In this document: positions 1 to 9,418 of the stretch, piece by piece
How the letters are laid out: every line of letters starts with the position of its first letter
Numbering within the stretch: the stretch's first letter is position 1
Assembly (NCBI GenBank): GCA_045535785.1
Contig: JAZSMH010000064.1
Span: forward strand, 5,751-69,750
Direction: 5' to 3'
Origin: Clostridia bacterium
GTDB taxonomy: Bacteria; Bacillota; Clostridia; Christensenellales; DTU072
Length of the DNA stretch: 64,000 bases
Made by a program: the position numbers and the translations under genes
Notes under the pieces: model-generated
Seen by the model: the letters and a program-made list of their open reading frames with translations, nothing else
What the model was told of the DNA's origin: nothing
Database searches by the model: none

Positions 1-218
1 TGCACAGCGTAATTACTTACGATATGCAGAACAAAGCTTGGATAGTGTATTTTTTAATTCCCGGACTATGTATGCTAGCAAGCAGTATCGTGATGTTCTT
101 CTATAAGATTGACGAAAAAACCAAAAAAATCATGCGCAAAGAACTTAAAGAGAGAAGAAACGCGTTACTTAATACCGTGGCGAACGAACAAAACGTCGTT
201 GAAGAGAGTGCTAAGTAG
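1..218 (+). CDS. C-terminal part of an MFS/GPH-family sugar:cation symporter (gene starts before the window)
   Basis: Frame is open from the window edge. Last TM helix is followed by 'FFYKIDEK...IMRKELKERR', typical of GPH (MelB-like) C-termini. Confidence 0.6.
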   Translation, partial: HSVITYDMQNKAWIVYFLIPGLCMLASSIVMFFYKIDEKTKKIMRKELKERRNALLNTVANEQNVVEESAK

Positions 219-244
219 GTGTTTTTCGTTCAAAAAATGCGCGC

Positions 245-273
245 TTGACATACGAAAAGAAGTGTTGTAAAAT
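245..273 (+). promoter_or_regulatory. sigma-A promoter
   Basis: TTGACA-17 bp-TAAAAT upstream of the ORF at 292. Confidence 0.6.
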
Positions 274-291
274 TAAATTTAGGTAAATATT

Positions 292-645
292 ATGAATGCA
301 AAGCAAAGATATCTAGAACAAATGGCGGAACGCAAACTTAAGAACAAGTTCTTCACTACGCGAAAATTGATTAGTTTTTCGTTAGCGATGGCTTTTTTGG
401 GTGTGAGCATCGTTCTTATCGGTATAGTACACGGCATATCTAGCACCGCGCATTACACGGCAGGGATAGGTACAATTACTTTAGCTGTGATAGGCACTAT
501 TACCCTACAAGGTGCGGTGGTATGCTCTGCTCTTGGAGTGCTTTCTACTAAGTACACCTTGCATTGTATTAGCTGTTCGTCGCTAGCCGTGTCCCTTGCA
601 TTAGATATTGCGCTTATCGTTTATTACGCGCTTATTGTAGTGTAA
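292..645 (+). CDS. Hypothetical membrane protein (about 3 TM helices)
   Basis: 117-aa ORF with a basic N-terminus and three hydrophobic segments, preceded by a promoter. Confidence 0.6.
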   Translation: MNAKQRYLEQMAERKLKNKFFTTRKLISFSLAMAFLGVSIVLIGIVHGISSTAHYTAGIGTITLAVIGTITLQGAVVCSALGVLSTKYTLHCISCSSLAVSLALDIALIVYYALIVV

Positions 646-651
646 AAATCG

Positions 652-681
652 TTGACAACCATATTAACAATGTGGTAATAT
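652..681 (+). promoter_or_regulatory. sigma-A promoter of the T-box leader
   Basis: TTGACA-18 bp-TAATAT with an upstream TG. Confidence 0.55.
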
Positions 682-702
682 TTAGAAAATTAAATATAGA
701 TA

Positions 703-975
703 ATGCGTTGATTAAGAAGAAGTAAATTCTTGTTGCAGTCTACAGAGAGGCGCTGGTTGGTGTGAAGCGTCGACGGATAAGGGTTGAATACATCTTAGGA
801 GTTGCGTACCGAAGGTATTTTTACTGTGTAGGCTACGACGGGGTCGCCCGTTACAGCGATAGAGCGTCGTTATTATGACCGCGCCCGATAAGGTTATTAC
901 AGCAATGTAATAGCGAAAAGAGGTGGTACCACGATTATTTCGTCCTCTTGGTGAATACCAAGGGGACTTTTTTAT
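703..975 (+). ncRNA. T-box riboswitch (transcription attenuator), Tyr specifier
   Basis: AGTA motif, AGAGAG bulge, GGTGTGAA apical loop, specifier loop GAA-TAC-A (TAC at 789-791), CCGTTA box, T-box AAAAGAGGTGGTACCACG (916-933) and terminator GTCCTCTTGGT...ACCAAGGGGAC followed by a T-run. Confidence 0.92.
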
Positions 976-1095
976 TGTAAGACCGCCATATAATATTGCT
1001 CCGTCGTCTTATAAGAAAAAGGAAACAAACTAATACACAAATTGACATAAAAGGTAACCAAGAAGATAATTATGGTTACCGAAAAGGAGAAACTT

Positions 1096-2742
1096 ATGAA
1101 TAACTTATTACTAGCGAAGAGTGCAGGTAGTATTGCTATTATCGTATGTATGATAGCGGTATTCGTAGCGGCTATGGTAGGTGTAGGTATCTACTGTAGA
1201 AAGAAAGCGCGTAGCGTTGACGGCTTCGTGCTAGGTGGACGTTCGGTTGGTCCGTGGCTTACCGCTTTTGCGTACGGTACGTCCTATTTTAGCGCGGTAA
1301 TTTTTATCGGATACGCAGGACAATTCGGATATCTATTCGGCGTAGCGAGCACTTGGATAGGTATAGGTAACGCGGTAATAGGCTCCCTTCTTGCTTGGGT
1401 AATACTAGGAAGAAGAACGAGAGTTATGACGCAACACTTGGATACCAAGACTATGTCCGATTTTTTTGGCAAGCGTTTTGATAGCAAGGCGTTGAAGATT
1501 GCTTCGGCAATAATTATATTCATATTCTTGATTCCTTACACCGCTTCGCTCTTTAACGGTCTAAGTAGACTATTCACCGTTGCATTTGGTTTTAGCAATG
1601 AGAATCTTGCATACGTTATTATCGTATGTATCATGGCGGTGCTTACCGCGGTTTACGTCCTTGCGGGCGGATATATGGCTACCGCTATCAACGACTTCAT
1701 TCAAGGTATCATAATGCTTATCGGTATCGTAGCGGTAATTGCAGCGGTACTCAACTATCAAGGCGGTCTTATGGAAGCAATGGGAAGTTTGGCTACTAAC
1801 GTAGGTTGGGAATACTCTTCCTTCTTCGGTGCAATGCCCGTTTTCTTAGGGTTCGTCATTATTCTAACGTCTTTAGGCACCTGGGGACTTCCGCAAATGG
1901 TTGGTAAGTTCTATTCGATTAAAAAAGAAAGCGATATAAAGAAAGGTACAATTATTTCTACCGTTTTTGCAATAATCGTTGCAGGTGGTTGCTACTTCCT
2001 TGGCGGATTTGGGCGTAACTTCGTAGAAAATACCACCGATTTTGACAGTATCGTACCTACTATGCTAGAAAAAGCGGTACAAAACGACTTCCTTATGGGA
2101 TTAGTGGTAGTGTTAGTGCTTAGCGCGTCTATGTCTACCTTGTCAAGCCTTGTACTTACTTCGTCAAGTACCCTTACTCTCGACCTTATCAAAGGTACGA
2201 TTGTTCCTAGCGAAAAAATGACGGAAAAGAAACAAATGTCTATTATGCGTATACTTCTTGCAATATTCGTAATTATTAGCGCGGGCATAGCAATCATTCA
2301 AAAACTCTTTAACTTCAGTGAAATTGCATCGTTAATGGGCGTAAGCTGGGGTGCACTTGCAGGCGCGTTCTTGGCACCTTTCTTGTATGGACTATACAGT
2401 AAGAAGATTACGAAAAGTGCAGTTTGGGCAAGTTTTATCGTAGGTATTGCAATTATGATGTTCTCGCTTATCTACAAACTTACGGGCGCAACCTTTATGA
2501 AGGCAACGCTCGCTACCGGCGAAACGCTAGATTTTGCTAACGCAATAGTCGCAGGCGCGTTTGCAATGATAGCAGGACTAATTATCGTACCGCTAGTAAG
2601 CCTATGCACTTACAAACTTGAAGTGAAGAAAGGTATGCTTAACGTAGAATACGTTGATAAGGCATTCGATTGTCTAAAAGAAAAAGTACTCGTATCCGTT
2701 AGTCAATCACTAGGCAGCGATACTGAGAACAAACAAGATTAA
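1096..2742 (+). CDS. Sodium:solute symporter (SSS family)
   Basis: 'FVLGGRSVGPW', 'GGYMATAINDFIQG' and 'SASMST' motifs, about 13 TM helices. Start moved to ATG 1096, which follows an AAGGAG RBS. Confidence 0.9.
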   Translation: MNNLLLAKSAGSIAIIVCMIAVFVAAMVGVGIYCRKKARSVDGFVLGGRSVGPWLTAFAYGTSYFSAVIFIGYAGQFGYLFGVASTWIGIGNAVIGSLLAWVILGRRTRVMTQHLDTKTMSDFFGKRFDSKALKIASAIIIFIFLIPYTASLFNGLSRLFTVAFGFSNENLAYVIIVCIMAVLTAVYVLAGGYMATAINDFIQGIIMLIGIVAVIAAVLNYQGGLMEAMGSLATNVGWEYSSFFGAMPVFLGFVIILTSLGTWGLPQMVGKFYSIKKESDIKKGTIISTVFAIIVAGGCYFLGGFGRNFVENTTDFDSIVPTMLEKAVQNDFLMGLVVVLVLSASMSTLSSLVLTSSSTLTLDLIKGTIVPSEKMTEKKQMSIMRILLAIFVIISAGIAIIQKLFNFSEIASLMGVSWGALAGAFLAPFLYGLYSKKITKSAVWASFIVGIAIMMFSLIYKLTGATFMKATLATGETLDFANAIVAGAFAMIAGLIIVPLVSLCTYKLEVKKGMLNVEYVDKAFDCLKEKVLVSVSQSLGSDTENKQD

Positions 2743-2749
2743 TTAAGAA

Positions 2750-2778
2750 TTGACTTTACGCCGTCTTAATAGTACAAT
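2750..2778 (+). promoter_or_regulatory. sigma-A promoter of the transketolase operon
   Basis: TTGACT-17 bp-TACAAT. Confidence 0.6.
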
Positions 2779-2832
2779 AATAAGTAGTGTTTTTACGCAC
2801 TATTAAAAAACAACAGTTTTTTAGGAGGGTAA

Positions 2833-3651
2833 ATGAACTCGGAACAACTCAAAGCTTTTGCAACCGATATTCGCGTTGATATAATCGAGTGTATCAAGAG
2901 TATTGGTTCGGGACACGTTGGCGGAAGTTTGTCTATTGCCGACTTACTCGCGGTGCTTTATGGTAAGTACATGAACGTAAATCCAAAAGACCCCAAGATG
3001 GAAGGACGCGACAGACTAATTTGTAGCAAAGGTCACGCGGGCCCTGCTATATATTCGGTACTTGCAGAAATGGGCTATTTTGACAAAAGTTTGCTTCTTA
3101 CGTTAAATAAGGGCGGTACGCTACTTCCTAGCCACTGCGATATGAACAAGACGCCCGGTGTAGACATGACAGCGGGAAGCTTAGGTCAAGGTTTTAGTTG
3201 TGCCGTAGGTATGGCACTTGCTTCTAGATTGAAGGGTGACGGAGCTACCATTTATACCATAATAGGCGACGGCGAAAGCCAAGAAGGTCAAATTTGGGAA
3301 GCGGCTATGTACGCAGGCAGTAAGAAACTCGACAATTTGATCGCTTTCACCGACTACAACAAGTTACAACTAGATAACTACGTAGAGAAAATTAACGACG
3401 TCTATCCGCTAGTAGACAAGTGGCTTGCTTTTAATTGGAACGTAATTGAAGTTAAGAACGGTCACGACGTTGACGAAATCGACAAGGCGATAGCTAGCGC
3501 GAAAGAATACGTAGGTAAACCCACTATGATTATCCTTAACACGATAAAAGGTTACGGAGTAAGTGCGGTAGTAGATGCAAAAGTAGGTTCACACTCAATG
3601 GCTCTCACGCCCGAAGTGTACGAAATCGCTATGCGTGAACTCAGGGGGTAG
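2833..3651 (+). CDS. Transketolase, N-terminal (TPP-binding) subunit
   Basis: 'SGHVGGSLS', 'SKGHA', 'GSLGQG' and 'GDGESQEG' motifs. Confidence 0.92.
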   Translation: MNSEQLKAFATDIRVDIIECIKSIGSGHVGGSLSIADLLAVLYGKYMNVNPKDPKMEGRDRLICSKGHAGPAIYSVLAEMGYFDKSLLLTLNKGGTLLPSHCDMNKTPGVDMTAGSLGQGFSCAVGMALASRLKGDGATIYTIIGDGESQEGQIWEAAMYAGSKKLDNLIAFTDYNKLQLDNYVEKINDVYPLVDKWLAFNWNVIEVKNGHDVDEIDKAIASAKEYVGKPTMIILNTIKGYGVSAVVDAKVGSHSMALTPEVYEIAMRELRG

Positions 3652-3653
3652 TT

Positions 3654-4598
3654 ATGGCAGAAAGATTAATGAAAGAAGTTTTTGTAGAAACCGTACGCGA
3701 ATATATGCGTAAGGACGAAAAAATCGTCTTTATCGATGCCGACCTTGCTAAATGTATAGGCAGTAACAAGTTGTGGGAAGAATTCCCCGATAGAACGTTC
3801 GACGTAGGTATTGCCGAAGCGAATATGGCTAGTATCGGAGCAGGTTTTTCGGCATACGGCTATAAACCCATAATTACGTCCTTTGCACCCTTTGCTACGC
3901 GTAGAATGGCGGATCAAATAATGATAAGCCTTGCTTACGCAAAGCAAAACGCGGTAATCGTAGGCACCGACCCCGGTATTTGCGCCGAACTTAACGGCGG
4001 TACGCATATGCCTTTAGAAGATATCGGCATTTTACGCTCTATCCCGAATATTAAGATTTACGAACCTACCGATAATATCGAATTAGAAGCAATTATGCCC
4101 GAAATTATGAAATTCGACGGTATAGTTTACGTAAGACTTAATAGAAAGAATCCCCCTATCGTCTACGAAGGAAGGAAGGCAAACTTCGCTTTGACTAAAG
4201 CGGACGTTATGGAAGAAGGTAGCGACGTAACTATCATTGCGAGCGGAATTATGGTATCTACCGCCCTTGAAGCAAGAGAAAATCTTCTCGGTGACGGCAT
4301 AAAAGCGGAAGTTATTTGTTGTCATACGGTAAAACCTATCGACGAAGAAACCATTCTCAATTCCGTTAAGAAGACGGGCGCAGTTGTAACGGTAGAGAAC
4401 CACAACGTAATGGGCGCTTTAAGAAGTGCCGTTTGCGAAGTGCTTTGCGAGAATTATCCCGCACCGCTAGAAAGTATCGGCGTTAAGGAAAAATTCGGCG
4501 AAGTTGGCAAAATGCCTTATTTAAGAAAACAATTCGGTATGGAAACGATTGACGTTATCAATGCCGTAAAAAAAGTAATAGAAAGAAAAGGTAACTAA
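3654..4598 (+). CDS. Transketolase, C-terminal subunit
   Basis: 'DVGIAEANM', 'GGTHMPLED' and 'TVKPID' motifs; adjacent to the N-terminal half. Confidence 0.92.
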   Translation: MAERLMKEVFVETVREYMRKDEKIVFIDADLAKCIGSNKLWEEFPDRTFDVGIAEANMASIGAGFSAYGYKPIITSFAPFATRRMADQIMISLAYAKQNAVIVGTDPGICAELNGGTHMPLEDIGILRSIPNIKIYEPTDNIELEAIMPEIMKFDGIVYVRLNRKNPPIVYEGRKANFALTKADVMEEGSDVTIIASGIMVSTALEARENLLGDGIKAEVICCHTVKPIDEETILNSVKKTGAVVTVENHNVMGALRSAVCEVLCENYPAPLESIGVKEKFGEVGKMPYLRKQFGMETIDVINAVKKVIERKGN

Positions 4599-4602
4599 AC
4601 AA

Positions 4603-6237
4603 ATGATAATCACAGACGTATTGGAAAACAACGCGAAGAATTTTGGCGACGAAGTGGCGCTTGTTGAAGTTAACCCCGACGTTACCGAAACGCGAAGAAT
4701 AACTTGGAAAGAATATGCCCTAGTAGAAAGTAATCCGTCAATGCCTTATCGTAGAGAAATCACGTGGCGCGTTTTTGACGAAAAGGCAAATCGTTGTGCG
4801 AATTTATTGGTAAGCGCAGGCGTAAAGAAAGGCGACAAAGTAGGCATACTACTAATGAACTGCCTAGAATGGCTTCCTATTTATTTCGGCATACTTAAGA
4901 CGGGCGCGCTAGCAGTACCCCTTAACTATAGATACGCATCGGACGAAATAAAATATTGCGTAGAGCTTGCGGATATCGACGTGCTATTCTTTGGCTCGGA
5001 ATTTATTGGAAGAATAGAAAAAATTTGTGACGAGCTAATTAGCGTAAGACACCTTTATTACGTAGGCGACAACTGTCCGTCTTTTGCGGAGAATTATCTA
5101 CATTTAGCAACCAACTATTCTAGTTACTTTACTAAGCGCGATCTTACCGAAGACGACTACGGTGCAATCTACTTTTCTTCGGGTACTACGGGTTTCCCTA
5201 AAGCAATATTACATAAACATAGAAGTCTAATTCATAGTTGCAAGGTGGAACAAAATCACCACTCGCAACGTAAAGACGACGTATTTTTATGTATACCGCC
5301 TTTGTACCATACGGGTGCCAAAATGCACTGGTTTGGAAGCCTACTTTCGGGAAGTAAAGCAATTTTATTGAAAGGCGTAAGACCGAAGACGATAATAGAA
5401 ACCGCTTCTAACGAAGGTTGTAGCATAGTATGGCTACTCGTACCGTGGGCGCAAGATATTCTCGATGCAATCGATAGGGGTGAACTTGATTTAAGTAAAT
5501 ACGATTTAAGTAAATGGCGTCTTATGCACATAGGCGCACAACCCGTACCGCCTAGTCTAATCAAGCGTTGGAAGAAGATTTTCCCCAACCACGACTACGA
5601 TACCAACTACGGTCTTAGCGAAAGTATCGGACCTGGTTGCGTACACTTAGGCGTAGAGAACGTTCATAAAGTAGGTGCGATAGGTAAAGCAGGGTACGGT
5701 TGGGAAACCGCTATCGTTGACGAAAATAAGAACGTTGTAAAGAAAGGGGAAGTAGGCGAACTTGCCGTAAAAGGCCCCGGCGTAATGACGTGCTATTATA
5801 AGGACGAAAAGGCAACTAACGAAGTACTTCGCGACGGTTGGCTATATACGGGTGATATGGCGCAAGAAGACGAAGACGGATTTATCTACTTAGTGGATAG
5901 AAAGAAAGACGTCATAATCACGGGCGGTGAGAATATCTATCCCGTTCAAATAGAAGACTTCTTACGCGCTCACGCAAAGATAAAGGACGTTGCGGTTATC
6001 GGTTTACCCGATGCTCGTCTAGGCGAAATCACTTGCGCTATTATAGAAAGTAAAGAGGGCGAAACGCTCACCGAAGAAGAAGTAAACACTTTCTGCAAGG
6101 CACTACCTAGATATAAGCGTCCCGTAAAAATCGTCTTTGCTAGCGTACCGCGTAATCCTACGGGCAAGATAGAAAAACCCAAACTTCGTTCCATTTATTG
6201 CGGAAGAAGTCTTGTAGAAAGTCAAATTAACGGTTAA
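4603..6237 (+). CDS. Acyl-CoA synthetase / AMP-binding enzyme
   Basis: 'FSSGTTGFPK', 'YGLSE', 'TGD' and 'PRNPTGKI' adenylate-forming motifs. Confidence 0.9.
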   Translation: MIITDVLENNAKNFGDEVALVEVNPDVTETRRITWKEYALVESNPSMPYRREITWRVFDEKANRCANLLVSAGVKKGDKVGILLMNCLEWLPIYFGILKTGALAVPLNYRYASDEIKYCVELADIDVLFFGSEFIGRIEKICDELISVRHLYYVGDNCPSFAENYLHLATNYSSYFTKRDLTEDDYGAIYFSSGTTGFPKAILHKHRSLIHSCKVEQNHHSQRKDDVFLCIPPLYHTGAKMHWFGSLLSGSKAILLKGVRPKTIIETASNEGCSIVWLLVPWAQDILDAIDRGELDLSKYDLSKWRLMHIGAQPVPPSLIKRWKKIFPNHDYDTNYGLSESIGPGCVHLGVENVHKVGAIGKAGYGWETAIVDENKNVVKKGEVGELAVKGPGVMTCYYKDEKATNEVLRDGWLYTGDMAQEDEDGFIYLVDRKKDVIITGGENIYPVQIEDFLRAHAKIKDVAVIGLPDARLGEITCAIIESKEGETLTEEEVNTFCKALPRYKRPVKIVFASVPRNPTGKIEKPKLRSIYCGRSLVESQING

Positions 6238-6271
6238 CAAAGCATATTAATTAAAAAAGGAGATAAAAATT

Positions 6272-6856
6272 ATGGAATGGTGGCAAATACTCATTATAGT
6301 ACTAGCAGTTTTACTCGTAGTAGGTATTGGCATAGGCATACTCGTATGGTGGTTCAAAGTTTATAACCAACTAGTATCTTCCAAACAAAAGGTTGCTAAT
6401 CAATGGTCGCAAATAGACGTTCAATTAAAACTTCGTTACGACCTTATCCCTAACCTTGTAGAAACGGTTAAGGGCTATGCAACGCACGAAAAAGAAACTC
6501 TATCCGAAGTAACTATGTGGCGTAGCAGGGCTACGGGCGCAACCACACAAGAAGAAGCAATCGAAGCTAACCAAGGTCTTTCGGGCGCGCTATCTAGACT
6601 ACTCGTTGCCGCAGAGAATTATCCTCAATTAAAGGCAAATTCTAACTTCACTTCCTTACAAAATCAATTGAGCGGAATTGAAGAAAAAATTGCTTACGCT
6701 CGTCAATTCTATAACGATACCGTTCAAAAGAACAACGAGCTTATCGAAAAATTCCCTTCTAGCATAGTCGCTAACGCTAATAGGGATAAGTTCAAGATTG
6801 AGAAATTCTTCGAAATATCTTCTATCCAAAGAGAAGCACCCCAAGTTAAGTTCTAA
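6272..6856 (+). CDS. lemA: LemA family protein
   Basis: 'WSQIDVQLKLRYDLIPNLVETVKGY' and 'ENYPQLKAN' motifs. Confidence 0.93.
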   Translation: MEWWQILIIVLAVLLVVGIGIGILVWWFKVYNQLVSSKQKVANQWSQIDVQLKLRYDLIPNLVETVKGYATHEKETLSEVTMWRSRATGATTQEEAIEANQGLSGALSRLLVAAENYPQLKANSNFTSLQNQLSGIEEKIAYARQFYNDTVQKNNELIEKFPSSIVANANRDKFKIEKFFEISSIQREAPQVKF

Positions 6857-6858
6857 CA

Positions 6859-8937
6859 ATGAAAAAAAGCGCAAAAAACAACAAAAAAATCGGGCAGGCG
6901 ATAGTTTTCGTCTGTCTTATTTTAACTATCGTATCCGCGCTAGTTACTTTCAACGCGTGCGAATTCCTTGAATATACCAACCCTTATATAGAGAATCTTT
7001 CTATAGAGATTACCCTTAATCAAGATGGCAGTGCGAATATAAAAGAAGTGCACGAAGTGGCTTTTGAAGAGCGCGACGACGATTGGTGGAATTACTATAA
7101 GGTAATAGGGCTTAAAGACGATGCTAGGGGTAATTCAGGAGAGATAATATCTAATCTCACTAATCTTGCTGTTAAAGTCGATGGCGAAAGTTACGAGTAT
7201 AACGACAGAATAAACAGTAGTAGTGATCTTGATAGTATTTCATATGGTGAGAAGGTTTCGTATGCGAGCACATACTATAGAGTTAATAAAGTTTATAAAG
7301 AAGAAAATGAAATAGGTATAATAATGCCTACATTTGCCGCAGGCAAAAGGGTAATAGAATTTAGCTATACTTTATCTAATCTTATGTTGCAATACGTAGA
7401 TTGCGACGGGCTTTATTATAAGTTCGTTAGTGACGACAATGCTATGTATATCAATAACTTTTATGCAAAAGTTAACTTTTATCAACCTGTTACTGAAGAT
7501 ACGATAGCAATTTGGACGCATATTGATACGGGTAGTGCTGCCAACTATCTTGATACTGACGGTTATAACTACGTTGAATATAAAGGTGAAGATATCCCCG
7601 AGAATATGTATATAGAAACGCGTATTTTATTTCCTGATGATAATTATAGTTCACAAAAATTTAATAACAACCCATTTTCTAGTTATAACACATTCGATGA
7701 TATTGTAGAACAAGAGAATGCGTGGCAAGAAGCGCATTTTAAGGAAGTCGAGAAGATAAATACAATGAAGACCATAGACTACGTAGTTATGGGAATAATC
7801 ATTGCCGCAATAATTGCGCTCGTCGTTTTCTTTATCTATAAGCGCCGTCCTTACGTAGACCATAACGCACCCGAATATATAAGGGATATACCCACAGGAT
7901 ATACCGCGGGCGAAGCGGAGCCTATTTTTGAATACTACGACCATAAGACGGACGTAGCGGACGGAATTAGCGCAACGATTATGGATTTATTCCGTCGTGA
8001 ATATATCAATATAAAAGAAGGCGAGAAGAAAAAGCAAGCGGTGATTACCATAAACCGCACCGATACCGAGACTTTATTTGATGCCGACCTTAACGTAATA
8101 AGCGGACTAGCACCGCACGAAAGGACGATTTTTGAATTGCTAAAAACCGTCGCACAATACTATGGTGGCGAGTTTACCATGAAAGAAATGGAAAGATACG
8201 CCGATAAGTATAGCGAAAGAGTGGGAAAAATTATAAAAACTTACGAAAAACAGGCAAAGGAAAAAACCGTCAACGTAGGTTGCTACCCCGGTAAAAAGGA
8301 TAAGTTAAAGGCTAACTATACAAAAGGCGCGGTAATGCTAGCGATAGCTGGGTTTATTGTGCTTATGTTTACGTACGTGCTTAGTGACGGACTATGGACT
8401 TTTACGTGGTCGTTCATTGCGAGCATTATAGGTGCAATAGCCTTAGGCATCGTTGCTAGTAGAAAAAAAGCACCTTTGACGCGCTACGGACAACAAGAAC
8501 ACAACAAAATGGTCGCTTTTGCTAGATTTATGACTGATTTTAGCAAAATGGACGAGCATACTATACCCGAACTCGTTATGTGGGAAGAATATATGGTTTT
8601 CGCTACCGCGTTTGGTATTGCGGACGAAGTTAGTAAACAACTAGAAATAAAATATCCTAAGTACACTGAAGTAATGGATAATACTAGCTATTATGCGAGC
8701 GACAGAAGATACCTTATGTTCTACTATTGTTCACCGCGTTTCCGTATGCACCATAGTTTTGGAGTAACCGAATCGTTTAAGTCGATCAACACCAATCTTG
8801 CAAGAATAGAAGCAGCGAAAAAGGCTGCCGCTAACGCAAAGAAATATGGTGGCGGTTCGGGCGGTAGATCGGGCGGCGGTGGTGGCTTCCGCGGTGGCGG
8901 TGGCGGCTTCGGCGGCGGTGGAATGGGCGCAAGATAG
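6859..8937 (+). CDS. DUF2207 membrane protein
   Basis: N-terminal 'ITLNQDGSANIKE', 'WEEYMVFATAFG' and a Gly-rich C-tail; the usual lemA neighbour. Confidence 0.85.
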   Translation: MKKSAKNNKKIGQAIVFVCLILTIVSALVTFNACEFLEYTNPYIENLSIEITLNQDGSANIKEVHEVAFEERDDDWWNYYKVIGLKDDARGNSGEIISNLTNLAVKVDGESYEYNDRINSSSDLDSISYGEKVSYASTYYRVNKVYKEENEIGIIMPTFAAGKRVIEFSYTLSNLMLQYVDCDGLYYKFVSDDNAMYINNFYAKVNFYQPVTEDTIAIWTHIDTGSAANYLDTDGYNYVEYKGEDIPENMYIETRILFPDDNYSSQKFNNNPFSSYNTFDDIVEQENAWQEAHFKEVEKINTMKTIDYVVMGIIIAAIIALVVFFIYKRRPYVDHNAPEYIRDIPTGYTAGEAEPIFEYYDHKTDVADGISATIMDLFRREYINIKEGEKKKQAVITINRTDTETLFDADLNVISGLAPHERTIFELLKTVAQYYGGEFTMKEMERYADKYSERVGKIIKTYEKQAKEKTVNVGCYPGKKDKLKANYTKGAVMLAIAGFIVLMFTYVLSDGLWTFTWSFIASIIGAIALGIVASRKKAPLTRYGQQEHNKMVAFARFMTDFSKMDEHTIPELVMWEEYMVFATAFGIADEVSKQLEIKYPKYTEVMDNTSYYASDRRYLMFYYCSPRFRMHHSFGVTESFKSINTNLARIEAAKKAAANAKKYGGGSGGRSGGGGGFRGGGGGFGGGGMGAR

Positions 8938-9015
8938 GCACAATTTTTTAGAAATTGCGACACCACTACGCGTGGAGCGGCAAGGAGTGTCCTTGCATGC
9001 ATATTGGTAAGATTT

Positions 9016-9249
9016 ATGAATATTAATGACGCTATAATAAAGAGAATTAACGAGATTTGTAAAGAAAAGAATATCAACGTTTGTGGAACTGCGCTCAATG
9101 GTGGAAAATCCCCGTCGGCTATTTACGACTTGATAAAAGGTCGGACGAAATGTTCTAAGGTGTCTACGATAAAGGCATTTTGTCAAGGAGCAGGAATAAC
9201 GCTAGCGGAGTTTTTCGATAGAGAATACTTCAACGATTACGAAGATTAA
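9016..9249 (+). CDS. XRE-family HTH regulator
   Basis: 'RINEICKEKNI...TIKAFCQGAGITLAEFF' pattern. Start moved to ATG 9016. Confidence 0.8.
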   Translation: MNINDAIIKRINEICKEKNINVCGTALNGGKSPSAIYDLIKGRTKCSKVSTIKAFCQGAGITLAEFFDREYFNDYED

Positions 9250-9255
9250 TATAAC

Positions 9256-9291
9256 AAAAAAAGCAAGAATTGCGATAATTCTTGCTTTTTT
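9256..9291. terminator. Bidirectional intrinsic terminator
   Basis: A7-GCAAGAATT-gcgat-AATTCTTGC-T6. Confidence 0.75.
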
Positions 9292-9295
9292 ATTT

Positions 9296-9412
9296 TAGTA
9301 ACTTTCACGCTAGTGAAAATATCGCTTTGGCATGAGCCAAAATATCACTGCGTCAGCAATATCACTTGCCGTTAGGCAAATATAACAAGTGGCTTAATTG
9401 ACCGAGCCACTT
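9296..9412 (-). repeat. Hairpin mini-array A (GTGATAT-type linkers)
   Basis: Plus-strand linkers ATATCGC, ATATCAC, ATATCAC and ATATAAC (9319, 9342, 9359, 9380) alternate with perfect hairpins TTTCAC-gcta-GTGAAA, TTTGGC-atga-GCCAAA, TGC-gtca-GCA, TTGCC-gtta-GGCAA and AAGTGGCT...AGCCACTT. Confidence 0.85.
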
Positions 9413-9418
9413 ACAATA

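Noticed and set aside
8724-9186. Minus-strand Pro-rich and Ala/Thr-rich ORFs
   Set aside because: Antisense shadows of the Gly-rich DUF2207 tail and the XRE gene.
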